Source: Coriobacteriaceae bacterium (GTDB taxonomy: Bacteria > Actinomycetota > Coriobacteriia > Coriobacteriales > Coriobacteriaceae). Taken from it: 64,000 bases of DNA. Positions 50,498 through 59,820 of this stretch are shown piece after piece; position 1 is the stretch's first letter; every line of letters begins with the position of its first letter. The position numbers were made by a program, and so were the translations under genes. Location: contig CAJJSS010000006.1 of assembly GCA_905194545.1 (NCBI GenBank), positions 5,092-69,091 of the forward strand, in the 5' to 3' direction. A model generated the notes under the pieces. The model saw nothing but the letters and a program-made list of their open reading frames with translations. It was not told where the DNA came from and searched no databases.

Positions 50498-51748
50498 CTA
50501 TAGATCCTCTCGCCACAGAGGGAGGCATAGACAGTTTGTGCCACCATAGCCTTTGGTGAGCTCGTCAATGGATAGCGGGAATAATTCCATTCCTGCTTTC
50601 TCAAGCGCTTCGTTGGTCCAAACGTTTTCTTCATATACGCATAGTTTTCCTGGCGAGAGCGCAAGGATAGACGTTGCGTTGTTCCGGCGTTCTCTTTCGT
50701 AGGCGGTTTGATTCCCGCCTCCGCAGTCAATCACTTTTATTGGTTCGCAACAGGCTGCAGAGAGTATTTCCGGAATCGTGCGATCGATAGGAGTGATCGT
50801 AAGGCCCCTTCCGGATCGTTTTAGTTGAATGCTGTATGCATCAACGGCATTGCATATCTCACGATCGATGAGGAACGCGTCGTGATCAATTCTACTTATG
50901 AACGTATCGAGGTGGATACGCAGCCCGTCAGAGGGGACTCGAATCGCAATTAGCTCGGTGGTCTGGAATTTATTTGAGGTCAGGAGCTCTTTGGCAAGTG
51001 ACTCGACGGCGGCGGGTTCAGTTCGGTCAGAGATTCCAACTAATATTGTCTTAGCACTGATAACAATAATGTCTCCGCCTTCTATATGGTAGCTACTCCT
51101 GTTCAAATCACATATTGGAGTTTCTCCCATGATCTTGTGGTGGGTGAATATCTGCCGGTATAAGGCGACCTCACGATCACGCTCAGGCCAATACATATGA
51201 TTTAGGATGATGCCGTCTCCGACTACCACAGCAGGATCACGAGTGAAAAAAAGCGTGTTGAGGGGATTGACCAAGAGCGAGGCGGGATCAAATTGCTCGT
51301 GCACGAGCGCCCGTAGTGTTTCCGACTGGTTTGAACATAGCTCAGTGTCTCCAAAGCGAATGCCGTTAAGTACTATATTCACCAATTCCTGGGTGTTCTT
51401 AGCGTTCTCAAACAGCTGGGTTATTGCCTCGAGGAACTCTCTGCCTGTTGCCCCGCTGCAACGGAGGTAGTCATCAATAAAATATTTAAGTGATTGGGGC
51501 TCAGTTTCAAGTGAGTCTTCGAGAAGGTCCCTAATTTCAATGGTTTCTACGCCATGCTTCTCAAGCAATTGAACCATGGAATCGTGCTCATACATTGCTT
51601 TGTCGAGGTCAAAACGACCGCTCCATTTTCGCAGGGAGAAAACTTGGCTGAAGTCGGCATCAGGGTAGTTTTGTGTTTCAGCTCCTGGTCGATGGACAAG
51701 TACGGCTTTTAAATGACCGATTTCATTTGTTATGTGTATGCCTTGCAT
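50498..51748 (-). CDS. Divergent arginine deiminase-family protein
   Basis: EIG.LK.VLVHRPG, FTRD, IEGGD, HLDT, GGTNCLCLPLWRE; AGGAG RBS. Confidence 0.88.
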   Translation of the reverse strand: MQGIHITNEIGHLKAVLVHRPGAETQNYPDADFSQVFSLRKWSGRFDLDKAMYEHDSMVQLLEKHGVETIEIRDLLEDSLETEPQSLKYFIDDYLRCSGATGREFLEAITQLFENAKNTQELVNIVLNGIRFGDTELCSNQSETLRALVHEQFDPASLLVNPLNTLFFTRDPAVVVGDGIILNHMYWPERDREVALYRQIFTHHKIMGETPICDLNRSSYHIEGGDIIVISAKTILVGISDRTEPAAVESLAKELLTSNKFQTTELIAIRVPSDGLRIHLDTFISRIDHDAFLIDREICNAVDAYSIQLKRSGRGLTITPIDRTIPEILSAACCEPIKVIDCGGGNQTAYERERRNNATSILALSPGKLCVYEENVWTNEALEKAGMELFPLSIDELTKGYGGTNCLCLPLWREDL

Positions 51749-51831
51749 GTCTGTCTCCTGTCCTGCTGGTTTTTATATAAGGCTAAGGCAGGTTCCTTGT
51801 TGTGTTGCGGAAAAGTTAAAAGACGTATGTA

Positions 51832-51880
51832 ATTGACAAATAACATCAATTTTAAATATCAGATTGATTAATAACGTCAC
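51832..51880. promoter_or_regulatory. Two candidate 17-bp operators in the divergent promoter region
   Basis: TTGACAAATAACATCAA (51833-51849) and TTGATTAATAACGTCAC (51864-51880), 31 bp apart; the first contains TTGACA. Confidence 0.55.
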
Positions 51881-52001
51881 TTTAGCTGCCGTTCATAGGT
51901 GAAAAGCGACACGATAGCGATGGTTGGCCGACCACCGCTGAGCAACCTCATACATTTATGGTGCCAGCTGGATAGATGGGAAAAGGAATGAAGGAGGAGA
52001 T

Positions 52002-53444
52002 ATGGCAGCGGAAAGTTCGAAAGGCATCAAGCAGTTCAAGGTCCCGCACGTATATGCGATCATCTTTGCACTTATGGTCATCTTCGCTGTTCTCACGTGG
52101 ATTGTTCCCTCTGGGTCCTATCAGCGTCAGGAGGTGAACGGTCGTGAAGTCACTGTCGCAGGTACGTATGAGCAGAGTGAAAAGACATATATTGACGAGG
52201 AAACCGGGGATGAAGTAGATCTCAGACAAGGTGTCTTCGATGTTCTTCAGGCTCCAACGCGCGGTATACAAGAGGCAATTGAGGTCGTTGCATTCATCTT
52301 GATTGTGGGCGGTTCGTTTCAGGTTATTACTAAAACGGGCGCTATCACGAGCGGAATGGGTCGTGTCGTTCGCCGCTTTAAGAACAAAGACATTCTAATT
52401 ATTCCTATTGCGATGGTTCTCTTTGCATTGGGCGGAACGAGCTTTGGCATGGCGGAAGAAACTCTCCCGTTCTTTGCGATCTTCATGCCAATTATGATGG
52501 CTATGGGCTTCGACTCGATGACGGCGTTCATGGTCGTGTTCGTTGGAGCGCGCACGGGTTACATCGCCTCAACGATTAATCCGTTTAATGTTCTCATTGC
52601 GCAAGGTATTCTTGGTATTCAGGGCAACCCCCAGCTGTGGCTGCGTATGATTGCCTGGGTTGTTTTGACCTCCGTTGCAATTACTTGGGTTGTCCTCTAT
52701 GCACGAAGGGTAAAGAAGAATCCTGAGTCATCGATCACATTTGAGGATGATATCGCCAAGAAAGTCGAGTTCGCTGCCGATGAATCTGCCCTTGATGCGG
52801 AATTTACGGGTCGTCAAAAAGGCGTGCTTGCGGTATTTATCGCTGGAATGTGCCTTATCATCTGGGGACTTGTGACCCAGGGCTGGTATATGAACGAGAT
52901 TTCTGCGGTCTTTTTGGCCATGGGCTTGTTGGCTGGTGTTATTGCGGGCTTTAGTCAGGACGTCATCGCTCAGGAATTTGTTGCGGGTATCGCTGACTTT
53001 GCTTTCTCGGCAATTGTCGTTGGACTTGCGCGTGGCATCCTTGTCATTGCCTCTGACGGCATGATCATCGATACCATCCTCAATGCGCTCGCCACTGGTC
53101 TGGGCGGCATCCCGGCGGTTCTCTTTACTACGCTTCTTTATGCGGTTGAGAACCTCCTGGCGATCCTGGTTCCCAGCTCATCTGGCCTTGCAGCACTGAC
53201 CGCTCCCATTTTTGGACCTTTGACCGAACTCATGGGCCTTAATCCCGAGGCTGCCGTGTGGGCTCTCTCCATGGGTAGCGCGACGATGTCTTTGATCTGT
53301 CCTACTAGCGCCATTCTTGTAGCGGGTTTGGGCGTGTGCAAGATCAAGCTTGGCCAGTGGTGGAAGACCGTTTGGAAATTCTTCTTGGTCGTGTCGCTCA
53401 TCAATATCGTATTCGTAGCAATCTCGGGACTTATTGCCCTGTAG
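52002..53444 (+). CDS. YfcC-family (DcuC-like) basic amino acid antiporter
   Basis: LTWIVPSG.Y, GMAEE, NPF...IAQ, PSSSG.A; AAGGAGG RBS. Confidence 0.9.
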   Translation: MAAESSKGIKQFKVPHVYAIIFALMVIFAVLTWIVPSGSYQRQEVNGREVTVAGTYEQSEKTYIDEETGDEVDLRQGVFDVLQAPTRGIQEAIEVVAFILIVGGSFQVITKTGAITSGMGRVVRRFKNKDILIIPIAMVLFALGGTSFGMAEETLPFFAIFMPIMMAMGFDSMTAFMVVFVGARTGYIASTINPFNVLIAQGILGIQGNPQLWLRMIAWVVLTSVAITWVVLYARRVKKNPESSITFEDDIAKKVEFAADESALDAEFTGRQKGVLAVFIAGMCLIIWGLVTQGWYMNEISAVFLAMGLLAGVIAGFSQDVIAQEFVAGIADFAFSAIVVGLARGILVIASDGMIIDTILNALATGLGGIPAVLFTTLLYAVENLLAILVPSSSGLAALTAPIFGPLTELMGLNPEAAVWALSMGSATMSLICPTSAILVAGLGVCKIKLGQWWKTVWKFFLVVSLINIVFVAISGLIAL

Positions 53445-53472
53445 GTTTCATGGCTGAAATGGAGTAACAGGA

Positions 53473-54717
53473 ATGCCTAAAGGACTGAATGTACACAGCG
53501 AGATTGGTAAGCTCAAGAAAGTTGTGCTTCACCGCCCCGGTCGTGACCTTGTGAACGTAAAGGCGGAAGAGTTCGAGGATGTCTGGATTCACGACTGTTT
53601 CTATCTTGATGTGGCTCAAAAGGAGCATGATGCCTTTGCGGATCTTCTGAGGAGCGAAGGTGTTGAAGTTCTCTATATGGAGAAACTCGTTGCTGAAGCG
53701 CTGGATGCATGCCCCTCGGCTCGCGCTGAGTTTACCGATACATTTATGGCTGAGAGCGGAATTGTCAATCCTATGCTTGAGCAGGCTGTTCGTGAAAAGC
53801 TCGACGCTATTTCAGATTCGTATCAGTTTGTACTTGAGGCTATGGGGGGGTATCGTTATCGTGACCTTGAGCTGCCTCGCGTCTCGACTACGCTTAGCAT
53901 GATGGATAATGAGGATGCGAAGCCCGATGATTTGGTGTTGAAGCCTCTTCCGAGTTCATATTTCTCTCGCGATCCTCTTGCTTCTGTGGGCAAAGGCGTT
54001 CTGCTTCACCATATGTATTGGAAACAGCGAGATCGTGAAGTGCCCTTCTATGAAGCGATTTTCAAATACCATCCCGATTATGCAGGGACTCCGATTTGGT
54101 ACGACCATAAGAATCCCTGGCATATCGAGGGCGGTGATGTGCTTAACATTAACGCTCATACCTTGGCTATTGGAATTAGCCAGCGAACTGAGGCGGCTGC
54201 GATTGAGGAGCTTGCAAAGAATTTGTTCTGGGGATCTGGGAATTCTGAGATCGATACCGTTTACGCTATTAAAATCCCCAACGGCTATGCTTACATGCAT
54301 CTTGACACCGTTTGCACCATGGTGGATTTCGATAAGTTTACAGTTTATCCCGGTATTTTTGAGACCCTTCGTGTTTATCGTCTGACTCGTGGTGACTCTG
54401 AGGGAATGGTCGCTGTTCAAGAGATTGATGACACGCTTGAGCATATTCTTGAAATGGCTACTGGCGTGGAGAAGGTGCAGCTTATTGAGTGCGGTGCCGG
54501 CGATATGGTTGAGGCGTCTCGCGAGCAGTGGAACGACGGGTCGAACACTCTTGCCGTTGCTCCTGGTAAAGTCTGTGTTTACGAGCGCAATGTTGTCACA
54601 AATGATGAGCTCTACAAGAACGGTTTGGAACTTTTGGTCGTTCCCTCCGAGGAACTGTCCCGCGGTCGTGGCGGCCCGCGCTGCATGAGCATGCCCTTCT
54701 GGCGCGAAGATATTTAG
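53473..54717 (+). CDS. arcA: Arginine deiminase (atypical substrate-site residues)
   Basis: SEIGKLKKV.LHRPG, FSRD, IEGGD, MHLDTV, EQWNDG, SRGRGGPRCMS. Confidence 0.88.
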   Translation: MPKGLNVHSEIGKLKKVVLHRPGRDLVNVKAEEFEDVWIHDCFYLDVAQKEHDAFADLLRSEGVEVLYMEKLVAEALDACPSARAEFTDTFMAESGIVNPMLEQAVREKLDAISDSYQFVLEAMGGYRYRDLELPRVSTTLSMMDNEDAKPDDLVLKPLPSSYFSRDPLASVGKGVLLHHMYWKQRDREVPFYEAIFKYHPDYAGTPIWYDHKNPWHIEGGDVLNINAHTLAIGISQRTEAAAIEELAKNLFWGSGNSEIDTVYAIKIPNGYAYMHLDTVCTMVDFDKFTVYPGIFETLRVYRLTRGDSEGMVAVQEIDDTLEHILEMATGVEKVQLIECGAGDMVEASREQWNDGSNTLAVAPGKVCVYERNVVTNDELYKNGLELLVVPSEELSRGRGGPRCMSMPFWREDI

Positions 54718-54740
54718 TTGCAAATCCACTGTGATAGGAG

Positions 54741-55760
54741 ATGGCGAATATGGGTGTTAATATCGCTGGTCGCAGTTTTCTGAAGCTGCTTGATTACACG
54801 ACGGAAGAGATTGAGTATCTGCTTGAGCTTTCTGCTAACTTCAAAAGCATGAAGCGTGCCGGTGTTCCGCATAAATACCTTGAAGGCAAGAATATTGTTT
54901 TGCTATTTGAGAAGACTTCCACGCGTACTCGCTGCGCCTTCGAAGTTGGTGCACTTGACCTTGGCATGGGTGTAACTTATTTGGATCCGGGCTCGTCCCA
55001 GATGGGCAAAAAGGAGTCGATTGAGGACACGGCTCGCGTCCTTGGCCGCATGTATGACGGAATTGAATACCGCGGCTTTGAACAGGCGAAGGTTGAGGAG
55101 CTTGCTGCAAAAGCTGGGGTTCCCGTTTGGAATGGGCTGACTACTGAATTCCACCCGACTCAAGTGCTTGCCGATATTCTGACCATGCGTGAAGAGTTTG
55201 GAGAGATTAAGGGCAGGAAACTTACATTTTTTGGTAAGGCGGCCGGAAACGTCGCCGATTCGCTCATGGTCATTTGCGCTAAGCTCGGCATTAACTACTG
55301 TTCTTGCGGCCCAATCGGGGGAAATTCGGAGGGGGCTACATCCTATGATCCTGAACTCCTTGCAGAATGTAGTCGTATTGCGGCCGAGCATGGATCGACG
55401 ATTACCATTACAGAGGATATTGAGGAAGGCGCTCGTGATGCCGATGTAATTTACACGGATGTTTGGGTTGGCATGGGTCAGCCCGCAGAGCTGTGGGAAA
55501 GCCGCATTAAGCTCATGTCGCCGTATCGTGTGACCGCTGAGGTGATGTCTATGGCAAAGCCCGAGGCAATTTTCCTCCACTGCCTTCCGAGCTTTCACGA
55601 TACTAATACTACTGTTGGTGCCGAAATTGCTGAGAAGTTTGGAGTCACCGAAATGGAAGTCACGGACGAGGTTTTTGAGTCCGATAAGTCTCGTGTTTTC
55701 CAAGAAGCGGAGAATCGCATGCATACGATTAAGGCGGTGATGTACGCAACGCTTAAGTAG
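54741..55760 (+). CDS. arcB: Ornithine carbamoyltransferase-family enzyme (catabolic)
   Basis: STRTR, HPTQ, HCLP, AENRMH. Confidence 0.88.
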   Translation: MANMGVNIAGRSFLKLLDYTTEEIEYLLELSANFKSMKRAGVPHKYLEGKNIVLLFEKTSTRTRCAFEVGALDLGMGVTYLDPGSSQMGKKESIEDTARVLGRMYDGIEYRGFEQAKVEELAAKAGVPVWNGLTTEFHPTQVLADILTMREEFGEIKGRKLTFFGKAAGNVADSLMVICAKLGINYCSCGPIGGNSEGATSYDPELLAECSRIAAEHGSTITITEDIEEGARDADVIYTDVWVGMGQPAELWESRIKLMSPYRVTAEVMSMAKPEAIFLHCLPSFHDTNTTVGAEIAEKFGVTEMEVTDEVFESDKSRVFQEAENRMHTIKAVMYATLK

Positions 55761-55845
55761 CGGGGCGTTGAGAAAACAGTCGCAAATCTGTTTGCCATAC
55801 TATATTTCTCTCAACAAGCTGATAGGATACAGGGGAGAATGATGC

Positions 55846-55879
55846 GCGCGTCAGTCGATTTTTTCGACTGACGCGCTTT
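55846..55879 (+). terminator. Perfect 13-bp hairpin between arcB and queA
   Basis: GCGCGTCAGTCGA-TTTTT-TCGACTGACGCGC + TTT; either a terminator or a 5' leader structure of queA. Confidence 0.5.
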
Positions 55880-55894
55880 GTGAAAGAGGCAAAG

Positions 55895-57106
55895 ATGCGT
55901 ACCGATGATTTTGACTACAACCTTCCTGAGGAACTGATTGCCCAGGCTCCTGCCGAGCCGCGCGACTCCTGCCGCCTGCTGGTGGTGGATCGCAAAGGCT
56001 CCCAGGCGGGGAAGCCGCTGGAGCACGGCGGTACCGTTGAGCACCGCATCTTCCGCGACATCATCGACTATATCGAGCCGGGCGATGTGCTCGTCATCAA
56101 CAAGACGCGTGTGATGCCGGCCCGCCTGATCGGTCGCAAAGCCGGCTCGGGTGGCGTGGTCGAGACGCTGCTGCTCAAGCGCCGTGAGGATGTTGACCCG
56201 CTGGGCCACGTTTGGGAGTGCCTGGTCAAGCCGGGTAAGCGCCTGAAGCCCGGTGCTCAGATTGAGTATCGCGCCGGTGGCGCCCATGCGCCCGAGGGGG
56301 CTCCCGTGGTGCTGACGGCCGAGGTCATCGACTTTGTCACCGATAGCCGCGGAGGCCGTCTGGTGCGCTTTGAGCCGGCCGGCTGCAATGCCGCCGGCGA
56401 GCCGCGCACGCTCGACGAGGCCATTCATGCTGCCGGTCACGTGCCGCTGCCGCCCTACATTACCGATTACGAGGGCGATCCCGAGAAGTACCAGACCGTC
56501 TACGCCATGAAGGAGGAGCACTCGGCTGCCGCTCCCACGGCGGGTCTGCACTTTACGCCCGAGCTTATGGCTGCCATCGAGGCCAAGGGTGCCAAGTTTG
56601 CCGCCGTCGAACTCGAGGTGGGCATCGATACCTTCCGTCTGGTGGAGGAGGACGACCCCACGCAGCACGTGATGCACACCGAGCGCTACCACGTGTCGCA
56701 GGAGGTTGTCGACGCCGTGCATAAGGCTAAGGCCGAGGGACACCGCGTGATTGCTGTCGGTACCACCGCAGTACGCTCGCTCGAGAGCGCCTTTGACGCC
56801 GATGCTCCGGTGTCCAATCCGGCCGTGACAGCGCGCTATTTTGAAGGCCGCGAGGACGGCGCTGACACGCTCGGCCGCGGTGACATCGTGGTGCGCGAGA
56901 ACGCCACGACGCAGCTCTACCTCATGCCCGGCTCGACCTATCACGTGGTCGACGCGCTGATCACGAACTTCCACGTGCCGCGCTCCACGCTCATGATGCT
57001 CGTAAGCGCGCTTGCCACCCGCGACCAGATCATGGATGCCTATGCCGCCGCCATCGAGGAGCGCTACCGCTTCTTCAGCTTCGGCGACGCAATGCTCATT
57101 CAGTAG
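55895..57106 (+). CDS. queA: S-adenosylmethionine:tRNA ribosyltransferase-isomerase
   Basis: DFDY.LPEELIAQ.P, PLPPYI, YQTVYA, AAPTAGLHFT, VGTTAVR, TNFH.P.STL, YRFFSFGD. Confidence 0.96.
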   Translation: MRTDDFDYNLPEELIAQAPAEPRDSCRLLVVDRKGSQAGKPLEHGGTVEHRIFRDIIDYIEPGDVLVINKTRVMPARLIGRKAGSGGVVETLLLKRREDVDPLGHVWECLVKPGKRLKPGAQIEYRAGGAHAPEGAPVVLTAEVIDFVTDSRGGRLVRFEPAGCNAAGEPRTLDEAIHAAGHVPLPPYITDYEGDPEKYQTVYAMKEEHSAAAPTAGLHFTPELMAAIEAKGAKFAAVELEVGIDTFRLVEEDDPTQHVMHTERYHVSQEVVDAVHKAKAEGHRVIAVGTTAVRSLESAFDADAPVSNPAVTARYFEGREDGADTLGRGDIVVRENATTQLYLMPGSTYHVVDALITNFHVPRSTLMMLVSALATRDQIMDAYAAAIEERYRFFSFGDAMLIQ

Positions 57107-57337
57107 GTTACGGCGTTTTACAAACGACGTAACCGGCCGACGCTGCGCGGGCCGCATTTGGACAATCTGCCGTTCAATTTCAAGGGCGCGACCAGAAGGT
57201 CAGCGCCCTTTCATTTCACGGCACCTTGTCTCAAATGCGACCCGCTCGCTGACGTTGCCAAAATATCGGCGTTGCCGTGGCTGGTAAATAGCTCCACTCA
57301 TCGGGGACGTACTTAAATGAGTGCCCGCAGAATGAAA

Positions 57338-57393
57338 GTGGATAATCTCCCGTTTTTGGGCTGTGCTTTGGGCAAAAGTGGGAGATTATCCAC
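57338..57393. repeat. Intergenic long palindrome (REP-like)
   Basis: GTGGATAATCTCCCGTTTTTG / CAAAAGTGGGAGATTATCCAC. Confidence 0.7.
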
Positions 57394-57540
57394 GCTCATC
57401 CGGTAAGCGTCCAAAAATCCACGCTCATTTGCCGTGTCCCTGCCGTATCCTCCTCGCGCCAGTTTCTGTCGAGTCGGTGCTTCTTGCGGGTTGCCCGTAT
57501 AATGGTTTGCGTATGAACCGCAACCAAGGAGTTCCAGTTT

Positions 57541-58680
57541 ATGAACCAGAACCTTTTTAAATTCGACCTGATTGCCGAGGATCCGACGACGCACGCGCGC
57601 GCCGGCGTACTGCACACCCCGCACGGCGACATCGAGACGCCGATCTTTATGCCCGTGGGCACCAAGGCAAACGTCAAGGGCATTCCTACCGAGACTGTCA
57701 AGAAGCTCGGCGCCCAGATCGTGCTCGCCAATACCTATCATCTGTCCATGCGTCCCGGCGAGGATACCATCGCCGAGCTGGGCGGCCTGCACAAGTTCAT
57801 GAACTGGCACGGCCCCATCCTCACCGACTCGGGCGGTTTCCAGGTCTTCAGCCACAACGATGCCGTCAAGCTCACCGATGAGGGCGTGCGCTTTATCGTC
57901 AACGATTACGACGGCCGCCACGTGTTTTGGACGCCCGAGGACAACATGGAAATCGCCATGAAACTCGGCTCCGATATCTGCATGCAGCTCGACCAGTGCC
58001 CGGGCTATCCCGCCACGCGCGCCTACGTTGAGCGCGCCGTTGAGCTGTCGAGCATGTGGGCCGAGCGCTGCTATAAGGCGCATACCCGCGATGACCAGGC
58101 GCTCTTTGGCATCGTTCAGGGCGGCATGCACCTGGATCTGCGCCTGCGTTCGCTGCGCCATCTGGAGGAGTGCGGCGACTTCCCGGGCTATGGTATCGGT
58201 GGCTATTCGGTGGGCGAGGATCACGAGACCATGTTCGAGACCCTGGCGCCGCTCGTGAGCGAGTACATGCCCAAGCATAAGCCGCGCTACCTGATGGGTG
58301 TCGGCAACCCGACCACGCTCGTGCGCGGCGTTGGCGTGGGCATCGACATGTTTGACTGCGTGCTGCCGACGCGCACCGGCCGTATGGGCACGGCATTCTC
58401 CAGCGAGGGTCGCCTCAACTTCCGCAACGCTCGCTTTGCGCACGACGACGGTCCCATCGATCCCACCTGCACCTGCCCGGTGTGCACGGGCGGTTACAGC
58501 CGTGCGCTCATCCGTCACATGGTCACGCAGAAGGAGATGCTCGGCGGCATTCTGCTTTCGATGCACAACATCTACTACCTGCTCAACCTTATGCAGCGGG
58601 CCCGCCAGGCCATTATCGAGGGCCGCTACGGCGCGTTCGTGAGCGACTGGATGAACAGCCCTGCGGCGGTGGATTACTAA
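57541..58680 (+). CDS. tgt: tRNA-guanine transglycosylase
   Basis: TP.FMPVGT, NTYHL, LTDSGGFQV, GIVQGG, KPRYLMGVG, DMFDCV, CTCPVC..H. Confidence 0.97.
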   Translation: MNQNLFKFDLIAEDPTTHARAGVLHTPHGDIETPIFMPVGTKANVKGIPTETVKKLGAQIVLANTYHLSMRPGEDTIAELGGLHKFMNWHGPILTDSGGFQVFSHNDAVKLTDEGVRFIVNDYDGRHVFWTPEDNMEIAMKLGSDICMQLDQCPGYPATRAYVERAVELSSMWAERCYKAHTRDDQALFGIVQGGMHLDLRLRSLRHLEECGDFPGYGIGGYSVGEDHETMFETLAPLVSEYMPKHKPRYLMGVGNPTTLVRGVGVGIDMFDCVLPTRTGRMGTAFSSEGRLNFRNARFAHDDGPIDPTCTCPVCTGGYSRALIRHMVTQKEMLGGILLSMHNIYYLLNLMQRARQAIIEGRYGAFVSDWMNSPAAVDY

Positions 58681-58893
58681 GAGCAGCACGGGCGCTTGCA
58701 GAGCGCGGGCAACGGCAAGGGGCGAGCGCCGGCCGGTCATCACGTTTGCTAACACCGCTTGCGCGACCGATGACCGATAGCTTGCAAGCACTTGATGCAT
58801 CGTGGGTACCATACCGAATAGTTGATGTTCGGGCGGGTGTTTGGCGCACAGCGTCGACCCCGCCCGTTTTTCTTTTTCTCGATAGGAGTACCC

Positions 58894-59652
58894 ATGATTA
58901 AGAATGAGAACGTCGAGGGCGAGCCTGTCTACGACGAGACGTACCGCCGCGGCCCCGTGGTCATGCGCGGCCCCATGATTCCTAAGGACAACACCTACGC
59001 CAACCTGCTGGCGCCCGAGGACTCGACCGACTGGCTGCATGCCGACCCGTGGCGCGTGCTGCGCATTCAGGCAGAGTTTGTCGATGGTTTTGGCGCGCTT
59101 GCCGAGCTTGGACCTGCGGTGACCATCTTCGGTAGCGCCCGCACGCCCAAGACCGATCCGCTCTACAAGGCGGCGCGTACCGTCGGGCGCAAGATCGCGC
59201 AACGTGGCGTGGCGGTCATCACCGGTGGCGGCCCCGGCATCATGGAAGCGGCCAACAGGGGAGCGGCGAGTGTCAACGGCAAGTCAGTTGGCCTAGGCAT
59301 TGAATTGCCGCACGAGCAGGGGCTCAATAAATACGTGAACCTCGGCATGGACTTCCGCTACTTCTTTGTGCGCAAAACCATGTTCGTTAAGTACAGCTCG
59401 GGCGCCATCGTATTTCCCGGCGGCTTTGGCACGCTCGACGAGATGTTCGAGGTTCTCACGCTGGTGCAGACGCACAAGGTCAAGCGCATGCCGCTCGTGC
59501 TGGTGGGCACCGAGTACTGGCAGGGCCTATTCGACTGGCTCAACGGCCCGGTGATGAGCACCGGTATGATTAGCCCGCTCGATCCGGATCTGGTACACAT
59601 TACCGACGACCTCAACGAGGCCGTTGACATTGCCCTGAGCGGGCTGATGTAG
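58894..59652 (+). CDS. LOG-family (TIGR00730-like) Rossmann-fold protein
   Basis: TIFGSAR, TGGGPGIMEAAN, YFFVRK, PGGFGTLDE. Confidence 0.92.
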   Translation: MIKNENVEGEPVYDETYRRGPVVMRGPMIPKDNTYANLLAPEDSTDWLHADPWRVLRIQAEFVDGFGALAELGPAVTIFGSARTPKTDPLYKAARTVGRKIAQRGVAVITGGGPGIMEAANRGAASVNGKSVGLGIELPHEQGLNKYVNLGMDFRYFFVRKTMFVKYSSGAIVFPGGFGTLDEMFEVLTLVQTHKVKRMPLVLVGTEYWQGLFDWLNGPVMSTGMISPLDPDLVHITDDLNEAVDIALSGLM

Positions 59653-59663
59653 AGTAGCTAAAA

Positions 59664-59725
59664 TGGGACGGGGCTAAAAAGACCGGTGCGTAACGTTACA
59701 TGCCAGTCTTTTTAGCCCCGTCCCA
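59664..59725. repeat. Intergenic palindrome with perfect 20-bp arms
   Basis: TGGGACGGGGCTAAAAAGAC / GTCTTTTTAGCCCCGTCCCA. Confidence 0.8.
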
Positions 59726-59740
59726 AATGAACTGCTTCCA

Positions 59741-59807
59741 AGTTGCGGTGGAATAGGGATTGATTGACGGCTAATAAGCCAAAAACAGCCCCTATTTCAC
59801 CGCAACT
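59741..59807. repeat. REP-like palindrome, family A copy 2
   Basis: AGTTGCGGTGGAATAGGG...CCCTATTTCACCGCAACT; similar to 3991-4053. Confidence 0.8.
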
Positions 59808-59820
59808 GATGTGGGCGTCC

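Noticed and set aside
49832..55861. 9-bp direct repeat AGTCGATTT near both island edges as att or target duplication
   Set aside because: Too short to exclude chance, one copy is part of a hairpin, and no recombinase is present
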